Source of the DNA: Synechococcales cyanobacterium CRU_2_2
Lineage (GTDB): Bacteria; Cyanobacteriota; Cyanobacteriia; PCC-9006; JAAUQQ01
Reading direction: 5' to 3'
Length of the DNA stretch: 64,000 nucleotides
Assembly: GCA_012034805.1 (NCBI GenBank)
Contig: JAAUOP010000002.1
Location: 8,093 to 72,092 of the forward strand
A model generated the notes under the pieces. The model saw only the letters and a list, made by a program, of their open reading frames with translations. It ran no database searches and was not told where the DNA came from. Of this stretch, positions 48,981-60,490 are shown piece by piece. Every line of letters begins with the position of its first letter. The stretch's first letter is position 1. Made by a program: the position numbers and the translations under genes.

Positions 48981-49310
48981 ATGGCAGAAGGCCTCTATGC
49001 ATTCTTGTTAATGCTGTTCTTTTTATTTTTTCCGAACGCTGGCGATCGCAACCGCGCCCAAAACAGCTCGCCGCCGCCCGCTGCTTCTGCTCCCACGACA
49101 ACTAACACTGCCCCGCAGAATCCTGCCCCGGCAGGGGCACCGGAGGCAGATCCGCTAGACCTCACGACCCAATCTGCGCCCCAATCCCCGACGAATCCAG
49201 TGATTCCGACGCCTGCGCTATTGCCTGCGCTGTTGGGATTTGGGGCCAAAGTTGTGCAGAAGCGGCGATCGCTGAATGCGACGAACGCACCCAACGCACT
49301 TGGGTCGTAA
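48981..49310 (+). CDS. Small secreted Pro/Ala-rich protein with a PTPA-CTERM-type sorting signal
   Basis: N-terminal hydrophobic segment. The C-terminus reads IPTPALLPALLGFGAKVVQKRRS, giving a P-T-P-A motif, a TM helix and a basic cluster. Confidence 0.5.
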   Translation: MAEGLYAFLLMLFFLFFPNAGDRNRAQNSSPPPAASAPTTTNTAPQNPAPAGAPEADPLDLTTQSAPQSPTNPVIPTPALLPALLGFGAKVVQKRRSLNATNAPNALGS

Positions 49311-49362
49311 GCCGAGTTGTTTAGCCGAGTTGTTTAGCCGCGTTGTTTAGCCGCGTTTATGG
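49311..49362. repeat. 13-bp tandem repeat x4 (gccgMgttgttta)
   Basis: Direct reading. The array fills the gap between convergent stops, and the last copy supplies the final codons of the minus-strand gene. Confidence 0.9.
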
Positions 49363-49817
49363 CTCAGGCCCCGACGCTGCCACCCAGCCCAGATACCGCC
49401 ACCGATCACGACGCCAAACAGCGCCAGCGGCCCCGCAACATAGTGCATATGGACTGCCTGAGCCTCGCTGATCTGATCCACATCAACGCCTTGCTTTGTC
49501 ACGGGAACCGTCAGAATGTCGGCATGGCCGCGTTCCTTAATGAAAACTTCCCATTTTCCGGGAATCGATTTGTCCGGCTCAAAGGCAAATTTGCCATTTT
49601 CGTCGGTGGTGCCTTCTAGCCAGGGCTGGTCGGGCTTGCCAGGGGCGTAGACCTTGACATTGGCAGATTTGAGCGGTTCGCCAGAGCTAAAGACTGTCTC
49701 TAGCTCCAACATTTCGTTGATCTTGAGATAATTGGTTTCGACGGAATGGGCGATCGCCTGGGCCGGAATCGCCAGGAGGCTGAGCAGGGCCAGGGGGACA
49801 AGTAGCTTTTTTTGCAT
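49347..49817 (-). CDS. Periplasmic beta-sandwich protein with a signal peptide and a C-terminal TM anchor (Ni/Co-uptake accessory-like)
   Basis: MQKKLLVPLALLSLLAIPAQA signal, TDENGKFAFEP (CarboxypepD_reg-like) and a hydrophobic tail with RR. The function is tentative. Confidence 0.45.
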   Translation of the reverse strand: MQKKLLVPLALLSLLAIPAQAIAHSVETNYLKINEMLELETVFSSGEPLKSANVKVYAPGKPDQPWLEGTTDENGKFAFEPDKSIPGKWEVFIKERGHADILTVPVTKQGVDVDQISEAQAVHMHYVAGPLALFGVVIGGGIWAGWQRRGLSHKRG

Positions 49818-49876
49818 GGCAAATTTCCGACGAAGGTCAGTGCAGATATTTCTACGAGCATATATTAGCTCATCGG

Positions 49877-51286
49877 TCAGCTGATCTCATTGGCCAAGGG
49901 AGCAGGCTGAACGACGAAAGCCCAGGCCAGTGAGACCATCAGCACGGCCATATAACCTACGAGTGCCGACCACAGCAGCCCGTTGCTTTGGGTGTACCCA
50001 GCCGCGATCGCCAGTGGCCCAAATCCGATTCCAAAGGCCACGAGTGCGCCATTACGCAAGACCTCGCCCCGCTTCAGACCAATCCAGTAGCCCTCCAGCA
50101 TGAAAGCGATCGCCGTGCAGCTCAGCAGCGGCAACAACCAAATGGCCTCGATGCCCATGGATTGGGCAATGTCGGCGTGGTTGGTGAGTAGGCCAAACAC
50201 GGTTTGGGGAAAGCCGATCGCAATCCCGGCCAGGCCGAGGGCGATAACCAGGGCATGGGCGATCGCCGTCAGCAGCACGGGAATCGTGGCCTCCAGCTCG
50301 CCCTTGCCCTTAAAGTTGCCCACGAGGGTTTGGGTAGTGATGCCGATGCCCTGCACGGTGAATTGGCTGAGGAGGGCGATTTGAAGCAGTAATCCATTGC
50401 TGGCTAAGACCTCGGTGCCGAAGCCTGCGCTCAGATTGGTAAAAATGGCGTAGGTGGAAATCAGCACAATAAAGCGAATCAGGATATTGGCCTTGAGTGT
50501 CAAGATCGATTGGAGGGCGGGCCAATCCCAAATCTGGCGATAGGCAGCAGACAGAGCGGGCCAGTTGAGCCTGGTGGCGATCGCCACCAGCCCCAACCCC
50601 AGGGCCAAATATTGGCTCAAGGCCGTGGCTAACCCAGCCCCGGAGCTGCCCCAGTCCCAGCGCAAAATCATCCAGTAGTCCATCAGCACATTGGAAGCAT
50701 TGCCCGCTAGGGACATGAGCAGGACGACTCCAGTCCTTTCCTGCCCGAGGAACCAGCCCAGGAGTACAAAATTAAGCAAAACCGCCGGGGCTCCCCAGAT
50801 GCGAGCATTGAAATAGTCTAGGCCCGAGGCTTCGATCGCCGGGGTGCCAGAGAGAACGGCGAAACCGAGGGTTTTGATCGGGTATTGGAGCGCCAGGATG
50901 ACGAGAGAAAGGGCGATCGCCACTAGCCCGCAGCGTAGCAACGCCAGCATTACCCCAGTTTCCTTCGCTCCTGTGTCCTGCAATTTGGCCTCTTGCAATT
51001 TGGCCTCTTGCAATTCCAGCTCATCCGCCTGTCCCTGTGCCTCCGCTGTCAGAGCATTGGTGCTGTTGCGCAAAAACTTCAGGACTCGATAGAGATAATC
51101 AAACAGCAAACTGCCCAGAATCACCCCCCCCAAATCGCGAATGTCTTCTAGGTGCCCTAAAAACGCTGTATCTGCCAATCCCGCGAGCGGCACCATCATG
51201 TTGGAAAGCACGCTAACCGTTGCCAACCGGTAAAAACGGGGTAAAAAGTCGAGGTTCATAGTTTGGCGATTTCGCGAGCAATGCAT
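49877..51286 (-). CDS. MATE-family efflux transporter (DinF-like)
   Basis: 12-TM profile, with the family-typical N-terminus LSNMMVPLAGLADTAFLGHL. Confidence 0.85.
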   Translation of the reverse strand: MHCSRNRQTMNLDFLPRFYRLATVSVLSNMMVPLAGLADTAFLGHLEDIRDLGGVILGSLLFDYLYRVLKFLRNSTNALTAEAQGQADELELQEAKLQEAKLQDTGAKETGVMLALLRCGLVAIALSLVILALQYPIKTLGFAVLSGTPAIEASGLDYFNARIWGAPAVLLNFVLLGWFLGQERTGVVLLMSLAGNASNVLMDYWMILRWDWGSSGAGLATALSQYLALGLGLVAIATRLNWPALSAAYRQIWDWPALQSILTLKANILIRFIVLISTYAIFTNLSAGFGTEVLASNGLLLQIALLSQFTVQGIGITTQTLVGNFKGKGELEATIPVLLTAIAHALVIALGLAGIAIGFPQTVFGLLTNHADIAQSMGIEAIWLLPLLSCTAIAFMLEGYWIGLKRGEVLRNGALVAFGIGFGPLAIAAGYTQSNGLLWSALVGYMAVLMVSLAWAFVVQPAPLANEIS

Positions 51287-51387
51287 GAGGTGATCTAGAC
51301 ACTCTGGCGATCAGGACACTCTAAGAGATGGCCTGTCTTTGCCCATGTTACCTAAAACACATTTATTGCCTCTGTTTTGTAGGTCTC

Positions 51388-51446
51388 AATTCTGGGTTTG
51401 AATTCTGGGTTTGAATTCTGGGTTTGAATTCTGGGTTTGAATTCTA
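51388..51446. repeat. 13-bp tandem repeat, about 4.5 copies (aattctgggtttg)
   Basis: Direct reading. The last copy contains the stop codon of the FHA-reductase gene. Confidence 0.95.
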
Positions 51447-52994
51447 GGCGTCAATCACGACCCGTCCTCTCGGCCTTGCAATGCAGGGCAAGATAAACTG
51501 ACCGCGCTCCGCCAGGGGCAGGGCTTTTGGTTCTGAACTGTAAGTGACTTGGCCAGAGCAGAGCTGTTGTTTGCAAGCGCCGCAGACGCCCATGCGACAG
51601 GCGCTAGGGATGGCAATGTTTGCAGCTTCTGCGATCTCCAAAATTGAATCGGCTTCGTCATAGTTGATGGTCTTAGCCGATTGGGTAAAGACGAGGGTAC
51701 AGTCGTCCAAATCGAGTGGGGAATCTGGCAGCAGCTCCGGGGCGATCGCCGCGATCGCGAGTTCCCCTACTGGCTTTGCCGGGGCACCGAAGGATTCTTC
51801 GTGGTATTGATCCATCGGGAAGTCCAGGCCTATGAGACAGGTCTTAATCGCTGCCATAAAGGGATTGGGGCCACAGACGAAAACTTCGCGATCGCCCAAG
51901 TCGGGTGCGATCGCCTGGATCATGGCCGCATCCATCCGCCCCTGGTAGCCCATCCAGCTCTCACCCAGCGCTGAACCTGTGAGGGTTACGGCTAATTTAA
52001 ACTTAGGATGTTGCTGGTTCAACAACTCTAGCTCTTTGCGAAAGATCAGATCCTGGGGGCTGCGGGTGCTGTAGGCAAAGACAATATCTGTCTCTGCGGC
52101 GGTGTCGCAAATCCAGCGTGTCATCGACATCATTGGGGTGATGCCGCTGCCAGCGGAGAGCAGCAGCATCTTGGGTGCTGGCGTTGGGCCACAGGTGAAT
52201 TGCCCAAATGGGCCTTGGAGCTGAAGTCGGGAACCGATCCTCAAGTGGTCATGGAGCCAGTTAGACGCTAGGCCAGGAGTGGCATCGGGTGCCTCGACGG
52301 GGGCTGGGACGCGTTTGACCGTGATCGCGAGCAAATGGGGGCGAGACGGCGTGGATGAAATGGAATAGGAGCGCACAATGGTTTTTGGGCTGGAGCAGTG
52401 TTCTGCTGAGCTCTCTGGTGAGATGTCTGGTGAATGCTCTAATGAGATCTCTGGTGAATGCTCTGAATGATTCTCCGAGAGCATTCCTAGGGGAATTTGG
52501 AGCGTGACGAATTGCCCTGGCCAATAGTTAAAGTTGAGCTTGGGTTCTGCGATGAACTGAAAGGTTTTGACGTCGTGACTCTCGGGGATGATTTGGACGC
52601 AGCGAACGGTGATTTCTGAGTGGGGAGTCCAGGTTGGGAGTTGGGGATGGGTGGGGGCGATCGCCTCTGATGTATTGGCATCAGTCTGAATCGATTTCAC
52701 GACCAGAAAGAATCCGCAAATTCTGAGCAAATCATCCGCTTGGAGTGCAATATTCTGGCTGGGTAACAACATTTCGTTGTTGAGCCGTGAGCCGTCGGTG
52801 CTGCCAAGATCCGTGAAAAAATATTGACCGTCTCGATACAGAATACGCCCATGAACGCGACTGACTTCAGGGCTGTTCAGCAGCAAGTCGCAACCGGGTG
52901 TGCGACCAATTATCCATTCACAATTGGCTGTAGGGTCGAGAATTTCTTGCTCAACTGTGTAGGTTTCTTCATTGATGATTTTGAGAGTTAGCAT
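51444..52994 (-). CDS. FHA domain fused to a ferredoxin-NAD(P) reductase-type FAD/NAD module and a C-terminal plant-type [2Fe-2S] ferredoxin
   Basis: FHA: IIGRTPGCDLLLNSPEVSRVHGRILY...FTDLGSTDGSRLN. FAD: RSYSISS. NAD: LLLSAGSGITPMMSM. Ferredoxin: CRMGVCGACKQQL. Confidence 0.85.
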   Translation of the reverse strand: MLTLKIINEETYTVEQEILDPTANCEWIIGRTPGCDLLLNSPEVSRVHGRILYRDGQYFFTDLGSTDGSRLNNEMLLPSQNIALQADDLLRICGFFLVVKSIQTDANTSEAIAPTHPQLPTWTPHSEITVRCVQIIPESHDVKTFQFIAEPKLNFNYWPGQFVTLQIPLGMLSENHSEHSPEISLEHSPDISPESSAEHCSSPKTIVRSYSISSTPSRPHLLAITVKRVPAPVEAPDATPGLASNWLHDHLRIGSRLQLQGPFGQFTCGPTPAPKMLLLSAGSGITPMMSMTRWICDTAAETDIVFAYSTRSPQDLIFRKELELLNQQHPKFKLAVTLTGSALGESWMGYQGRMDAAMIQAIAPDLGDREVFVCGPNPFMAAIKTCLIGLDFPMDQYHEESFGAPAKPVGELAIAAIAPELLPDSPLDLDDCTLVFTQSAKTINYDEADSILEIAEAANIAIPSACRMGVCGACKQQLCSGQVTYSSEPKALPLAERGQFILPCIARPRGRVVIDA

Positions 52995-53035
52995 CGCTCG
53001 TGGGGGGGGAGAGAAATGATTTAAGGCTAAGGTAT

Positions 53036-54766
53036 TTAAGACTTGCGGCGAATCTGGGTAGGTTCGTAGGGGGATGTGTGGGTTGTGTGAGCGCTGTTAC
53101 TTCGTTGACGAATGAGCGTTCTGGGTACATCTGTCGATGAAAAATTACCCTTTCCGTAGATGAAGAAATCGCCTGGGCGTGCCTGGGCATCGATTAACTC
53201 ACCGAGGAACTGATCATGTTGGATGTCGTCAATATCGAGGGAAAGGCGCAGTTGATTGAGTAATTTTAGGCTGCTGCGAGTGGTGACAAGGCCTGTGTCT
53301 AGCGCCTCTTGCAAGACACCGTGATAGATCATAAGGCGATCTTTCTGGGTGGCGAGGGGAAGGGTTTGGGCCAGAGTTTGAACTGCCTCTGGACTCAAGG
53401 ATTCGAGGGTGCGATCGCCCAAAAATAGCTCGATATTCAGCGGTAATTTTCTCAGTTGACGCCGCAGCTTGTCCGCAATACTTTCCTGGTTATAGTGCTC
53501 AGGGCTGCGTTCCCAGGTACGGCAGATCCAAAGAACACTGATACAGGCAATCAATGCCTGGAAAGCTAGCTGGGCCTTGAGCGGCAGGCGATTGATCTCG
53601 GGACGTCCGCCGTAAATGAAAAAATATTGAAGGCAAGAAACGTGCAGATTGAAAAACCTGATGACGAACTTGTTCACGGTTCGTTTCAGTGTTGTGTCGC
53701 TGGTAAAATCGGCGCAAAAATAGCTCAAGGTAGGTTCCAAAACTGTAGCCGAGTCCTGCAAAACCGGCGAGTGTTAGCGGTGCGGCAACCAGCTTGGGAA
53801 TGTTGATTGCCTCTCCCGCAATGTAAAAACCAGGCTTGAGCAAGCTGCCCAATTGGTTCGGCTCATGGCTCCAGGCTCCCGAAAAGTAGTAGTCGGGATT
53901 GCCTGCGTAGAGCAAGTAGTAGACGATGTAACCCACCACCAACCCAAGATAGCCATATTGGACGAGCTGACGTCCGGGCCGGTTGAGATGATACCAGTAG
54001 GACTTTTCTGAGTCGATATCGAGGCAGGGAGATTTGCAGTTGATGCAGGTGCTTTGCTCTTGCCCTGGCTCCGGGCCGACGGTGCGGCACATGGATTGGG
54101 TAATACTGCCCATTGGTTTGGTGTGGGCCTTGCTGCCGAGCAGTCCGCGCGGGCCGGTAAATACGGTTTGAACCATGCCAAAGGGACAGACGTAGTGGCA
54201 CCAGCTTCTGCCGCCGTAGAGGGTAATCGTGGCGATCGCCCCCAAAATCGTCAAAATCAACAACATCGCTAGGGATATTCGACTGGAATTGACGAACAAA
54301 ATTCGCACATTTAACCCCAGAAAAATAGCGCAAATTGGAGATAAAAATGATTGCGCTGGAGCCAGAGGTTCTGATGAACATCAAGCAGTGGTTTTAGACC
54401 GAGTGCCCGAGGCAGTTGCGAGAGAAAGTAAAGCGGACAAATCCGTCGCCAGACTTCGTGACCGAACAAGAGTACGATAAAGATCGCACCCGGAATAACC
54501 ATTCCCCAAAAGACTCGGTTGCCGATCGCATAGGGAGATTGGGCCAGACAAACGCCTTGAACTTGAATGCATTGACCAGCCTGATCGGTGGCTTTGAGCA
54601 GCTCATCCTCAAACAGACTGCCACTTCCCGCTGCTGTCCAAGCTGCAGAAATGGGATCATAAAACAGCGATGTAATCAACAGCAACCAGGCAAAAACGAG
54701 CAGCCAACGAATGAGCCTAAACCGCCCTTCGGAACTGAGCAATGGCTTGTAAAAGAATGAAAGCAT
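53036..54766 (-). pseudogene. Polytopic 4Fe-4S-binding membrane protein (NapH/MauN/NosR-like) with a C-terminal soluble domain; one gene split into three ORFs by three 1-nt homopolymer frameshifts
   Basis: Motifs WRRICPLYF, RSWCHYVCPFGMVQ and CINCKSPC. Adding one base at each of 54321-54325, 53652-53656 and 53619-53624 gives a continuous ~578-aa protein (...ALFFLGLNVRILF..., ...HQVFSICTFLAFNIFFIYGGRPEINRL...). Confidence 0.7.
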
Positions 54767-54842
54767 GATGCATGTCTCCTTGACCTGGCTTGAGTATCCA
54801 GGAGAAGGACATCAGAGGGGAGTACCCCGCCGGGTGATCTGC

Positions 54843-55898
54843 TTAGGGGAAGAGGTGGTTAATACTGGTGGCAATGTCTTTGTTCTCTAAAAAATGATCC
54901 AGTGCCAGATACAGCCAAGACAACGACAGTTTGGGGTCTTGAACCGTGCTTTGGAACCCCAGCGCCTGACCCAGCGCCTCGACTTCTGGATTGATACTCG
55001 TGGTGTACAAATCGCACAGATTCGGGAAATCCCCACGCATCTTCTCCAGCCTTTGTTGAGCATCCTGCAGAAGTTGCAAGACAGCTTGAGAATGACGATA
55101 GGACGGCTCGATATGCCAACCTCGGATAAAAACAGCGTAGCAGGATGTATCTCCCGCAGCCGCCAACCGTATGGGATCTTCCATTTTGGTGGAAAACAGA
55201 TACAGGCTTTCGCTCGGGGGATCGGAAAACTTACATTCGGAGCTGCTGTGAGTTGGGAAAATAATATAAAACCCGATCGCCTGACCGTTATCTTTGCGCC
55301 GTAATACTCGCATTCCTTTCGGATACTGTTCTGCCCACTGACGCAGTCTTTGGATAATGTTGTGAGTACGTATTTCCCGTTTTGGATTGAGCCAACTGTA
55401 GTTTTTTTTGAGAAAGCTGGCCACCGGAACCGCGTCGGTGCGGTCATTAAAGTCATCCGCCACTAGCCCCAAGGCTTGGCACTCTTCCTCATCGACGATA
55501 AACCCTGCTGGAGGGCAAATGCTGATATAGGTGAGATTGCCGTCAAATTCTTTGCGGACTAGCTTCTTGTCGGCTAGTTTATCGAGCATCATGCCTGCGG
55601 AGCGATCGCTCCCTCGCTCTCGACCAGCATAAAACAATTCTGCTGCCTCCCGTTGGGTACAAGAGACGCTGCGATCGAGGGGCTCCAGAGAATCCAGTGG
55701 CCTGCTGGGCAAGGCACTCGCCCGCTCGGTATGGCGTTTGATCAGGCAATAGCCCCACAGCCGGACAAAGCACTCCGCCTGATACCGAGTCAGGTAATCG
55801 TAACGCTGGTGGAACTGTTCAACATACTGTTGCTGCGTTGCCAACGGAAAGTATTGAGCAAGGTCAGCGGCCTTGAATTCGATGGACACCTGATGCAC
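54843..55898 (-). CDS. Hypothetical protein: N-terminal winged-helix-like region plus a C-terminal GNAT-like fold
   Basis: 351 aa. MMLDKLADKKLVRKEFDGNLTYISI resembles a MarR-type wing. The C-terminal FIRGWHIEPSYRHSQAVLQLL...ALGFQ resembles an acetyltransferase core. Both calls are weak. Confidence 0.4.
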   Translation of the reverse strand: MHQVSIEFKAADLAQYFPLATQQQYVEQFHQRYDYLTRYQAECFVRLWGYCLIKRHTERASALPSRPLDSLEPLDRSVSCTQREAAELFYAGRERGSDRSAGMMLDKLADKKLVRKEFDGNLTYISICPPAGFIVDEEECQALGLVADDFNDRTDAVPVASFLKKNYSWLNPKREIRTHNIIQRLRQWAEQYPKGMRVLRRKDNGQAIGFYIIFPTHSSSECKFSDPPSESLYLFSTKMEDPIRLAAAGDTSCYAVFIRGWHIEPSYRHSQAVLQLLQDAQQRLEKMRGDFPNLCDLYTTSINPEVEALGQALGFQSTVQDPKLSLSWLYLALDHFLENKDIATSINHLFP

Positions 55899-56206
55899 CC
55901 CCGGAATACTTGCCTGGGAAGGGCTGCCCTGACAAAGCGGCCCTGGAAGAACGATCTAGCTCTAAGGTCTTGCGCATCTCTTCCCGAGGGCTTGCGTATA
56001 TCTCCTTAGAATTCTGCGTACAGGTATAAGGTTACCGTAAAAACTTCACCCTGTTTCACCTCACTTCAGGCTATGACCAACAGCCTACATCCCACTTCAA
56101 CCGTCTCAACCGTCCTTCTGCTTACTCGTGGGCATTACTGAGATAGCGCTGCGATAGTAGCTCTAGAGTCAGCCAAAACACTTAAGCCAAAACAGGCAGA
56201 ACGCAG

Positions 56207-56842
56207 ATGTCTACCTTCTCATCGAACCTTCCGTCAGACTTTTCCTCAAACTTCGCGTCCAACTTCACGTCCAACTTCACACCCGATATTACCCCGAACT
56301 TTCCCGCGCCTCTGATTTTGCAGATGGCCTTTGAAGGTATGTGGCAGGGGGTGTTAATTCTCAACGCCAAGCGCGAGATCGTTCAAGCCAACAGCCGAGC
56401 CCGAGAGCTGTGCAAGCAGCTCCTTCAGTCTACCCAGGGCCGTCCAGAGGGCAATAACTCGGTTCCCGAGGCCATTTGGAATGTGTGCCGCTTTCTGATA
56501 TCCAGTCGCCAAGACTTCCCAGAAGATCGCGTGATTCCTGAAGACGAGATTTCACTGGAGAACCTGGCGCACGTGAAGATTTCTGCTCAATGGCTCGACG
56601 TCAATGATTCTGAGGGGTCTTACATGATTGTTACTCTAGAGGATCGCACCGAGACGTTGCGTAATCTGGCGCGCTGGGATGCCCATCGCTATGGTCTAAC
56701 GGTGCGAGAGGCGGAAGTTTGGCTGCTCAAGTGCCAGGGATATTCCTATGACGAAATTGCGGCTGAATTGTACATCAGCCGTAATACGGTCAAAAAGCAC
56801 TTGAAGAGCATTACACTCAAGCGCGAAGGCACACTTTCTTAG
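56207..56842 (+). CDS. LuxR-family transcriptional regulator with an N-terminal PAS-like sensor region
   Basis: C-terminal HTH: LTVREAEVWLLKCQGYSYDEIAAELYISRNTVKKHLKSI. Confidence 0.85.
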   Translation: MSTFSSNLPSDFSSNFASNFTSNFTPDITPNFPAPLILQMAFEGMWQGVLILNAKREIVQANSRARELCKQLLQSTQGRPEGNNSVPEAIWNVCRFLISSRQDFPEDRVIPEDEISLENLAHVKISAQWLDVNDSEGSYMIVTLEDRTETLRNLARWDAHRYGLTVREAEVWLLKCQGYSYDEIAAELYISRNTVKKHLKSITLKREGTLS

Positions 56843-56893
56843 GCTGGGCTGCTCCCCAAATCAATCTGTTCCCGATGACATGATATCTCGCAG

Positions 56894-58273
<1,380 letters not shown>

Positions 58274-58340
58274 TCAATTTCCTGAAATAGGGGAGTGGGT
58301 GGGTAAAAATTGCGATCGTATGGACAATCGCATCGAGGGG

Positions 58341-59858
58341 CTAACGAATTGGGGCAGATGCTTTGGGGCGTAGGTTCGAGGCTGCCCCGTAGATCTGGAC
58401 ATCTTCCCGTAAGTGCTTGAAATCAAAGTGGTAGCGGCTGCCAAGGGCACGGGCAATGGCAATCCAGGCCAAACAAATTGCGACTGAACTGGCGAGGGCT
58501 GACCCAAAACTGACCAGCAAATCACCCGCACCGGGCAATCCGGTCACCAGCGGGCTAAAGTCTGGTTTTGGAAAAAACAAGACCCCTGTGGCAATTCCGA
58601 TTACGGAGCTGACTAGGGCATTGATGCCACTGACACGGCGTGAATAGAGCCCGAACAAGAGTGGAAAAACCACCCCAGCGCAAACGAGATCTGCAATCAA
58701 AAAGATGTACAAAACACTGTATCCCTGGGAGGCGATCCAGACTGCGGGGAGACCGATGAGCACGGTTAAAATTCGAGACAGCTTGAGGATCGTGGATGGG
58801 GTCGCGCGAGGTAAAAGCTCGACCAAATCTAGGGTAAACAGACTGCCCATGCCGTTGAGCAAGGTATCCATGCTGCTCATGACTAAGGCCACCGCCAAGA
58901 CCATCACGATCGCCAAAAACCAAGCCGGAACCGCCAGTTGTTGCAGTAACTGAAAATAGGCTGTGTCTCCGGAAATGCCAAATTGCACAGCAAAGATGCC
59001 GAGTAAACCGGCCAAGATCACCATCGGTAGGATGAACAAAAACGCGGCCCCGAGAAAGGCATTACGCAGCACGCGATCGCTCTTGCAGGCGTAAACCCGT
59101 TGCCAGTTTCCCTGGTTGAAAATCTCCGCTGCACCAATGGCGATGATCAGTGTCCAGCCAAACCGAACACCACTGCGATCGCCCAAATCCGCTACTGTTG
59201 GAGCCATCGCCACCACAGGATCCGTCGCGGCATCCCATCCACCCAAGCTAAAAATTGCCGCTCCGAAGGCAAACATGAGTAGGGGGACAATGACAAAAAA
59301 CTGTAGGCGATCGGTGTAGATGCTGGCGCGCAGGCCGCCGTAGAGGGTGTAGATAAAAACCGCTGTGATGACCACCAAGGCGGTGAGGCCCAGGGGCACA
59401 TTGGCGAGCAGCTGAAGGGCTTTGGCGATCGCCGTCAACTCCGCCGCCAAATAGACAAACATATACAGAAACATCACGGCCTCGGTGAGTCCCTGCATGG
59501 GCAATCCATACCGATGGCGGGCGTACTCTGTCAGAGAATGTCCTGCGGGCATCAAACGGCGTAGGCGTGGCCCCAGCACCACAAATGTTACGACAGCGAG
59601 GGTAGAGGCGATCCCATAGCCCAATACGGCACTCAGACCACCAAAGGCAGACCCTGCCTCAGGTGGGCTAAACAAAATCCAGGCTCCCATGGATGAAGCG
59701 ACGATAGTGGCGAGTGCTGAGCGAGTGCCAAAATGATTGCGACTGGTGGTAAATTCCTCCAGATCCATGTGTTGACGGCTGATATGCAAAACAGCCATGA
59801 GCGTAAATACAGCGGCAGTTGCCAGCGTGACTAGAATTGCCACGGCACCGATTGACAT
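58341..59858 (-). CDS. Sodium:solute symporter (SSS) family transporter
   Basis: 505 aa with about 13 TM segments and an SSS-like N-terminal half. The protein is encoded 70 nt upstream of thiC on the same strand. Confidence 0.8.
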   Translation of the reverse strand: MSIGAVAILVTLATAAVFTLMAVLHISRQHMDLEEFTTSRNHFGTRSALATIVASSMGAWILFSPPEAGSAFGGLSAVLGYGIASTLAVVTFVVLGPRLRRLMPAGHSLTEYARHRYGLPMQGLTEAVMFLYMFVYLAAELTAIAKALQLLANVPLGLTALVVITAVFIYTLYGGLRASIYTDRLQFFVIVPLLMFAFGAAIFSLGGWDAATDPVVAMAPTVADLGDRSGVRFGWTLIIAIGAAEIFNQGNWQRVYACKSDRVLRNAFLGAAFLFILPMVILAGLLGIFAVQFGISGDTAYFQLLQQLAVPAWFLAIVMVLAVALVMSSMDTLLNGMGSLFTLDLVELLPRATPSTILKLSRILTVLIGLPAVWIASQGYSVLYIFLIADLVCAGVVFPLLFGLYSRRVSGINALVSSVIGIATGVLFFPKPDFSPLVTGLPGAGDLLVSFGSALASSVAICLAWIAIARALGSRYHFDFKHLREDVQIYGAASNLRPKASAPIR

Positions 59859-60153
59859 GCGATGTCTCCTTTTGATGCAGCGAATTGCAACGGCAAAGCT
59901 TCGGTTAAGCCGGTGGATAGAAGATCCTCGCGGGCAAAACCGAGATGCTGAAAAAGTGGCTTGTGTAAACCAGAGGTTGAAGTTGTAGAATCGGTAACGA
60001 CAGCTGGTTCAGAAGACGGACAGCAAAGACCCTTGATAGATCTTTTCTTTGACGGGCCTAGAAACAGCCAAAGTTGACAGTTGAGGATGAGTGGCAATTG
60101 GCTTCGTCCAGCTCCGAAGGACTGTCTTTTCCTGCAACTCTCGTTTGCCCCCA

Positions 60154-60252
60154 ATGTCGTCTGACCCGATGTCGTCTGACCCGATGTTGTCCGACCCGAT
60201 GTTGTCCGACCCGATGTTGTTTGACCCGATATCGTCTGGTCTGATGTCGATC
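60154..60252. repeat. 15-bp tandem repeat, about 6.5 copies (atgtYgtcYgacccg)
   Basis: Direct reading. It lies in the 630-bp noncoding region upstream of the SSS transporter gene. Confidence 0.95.
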
Positions 60253-60490
60253 TCAGCTGAGTCAACGTCTTTAACAACGCCTTTCAATCAACGCTTCCCT
60301 CCGCTGGTCTTAACCAGTCTCAGGTTCTCAGGGTGTGATCTCAGCCCAAGGTCAAGGTTTTCGAAAAGCGATTTTTCGAAACGCCGAGAGATTGAGCACC
60401 CCTAGCTTGTCTGCAAGCTTAGCATTAAACTGAGTTTGAAAACTGGGTTCGACGCACACGTCTGATTCACTGCCTCTAAGTTGCCTCATT

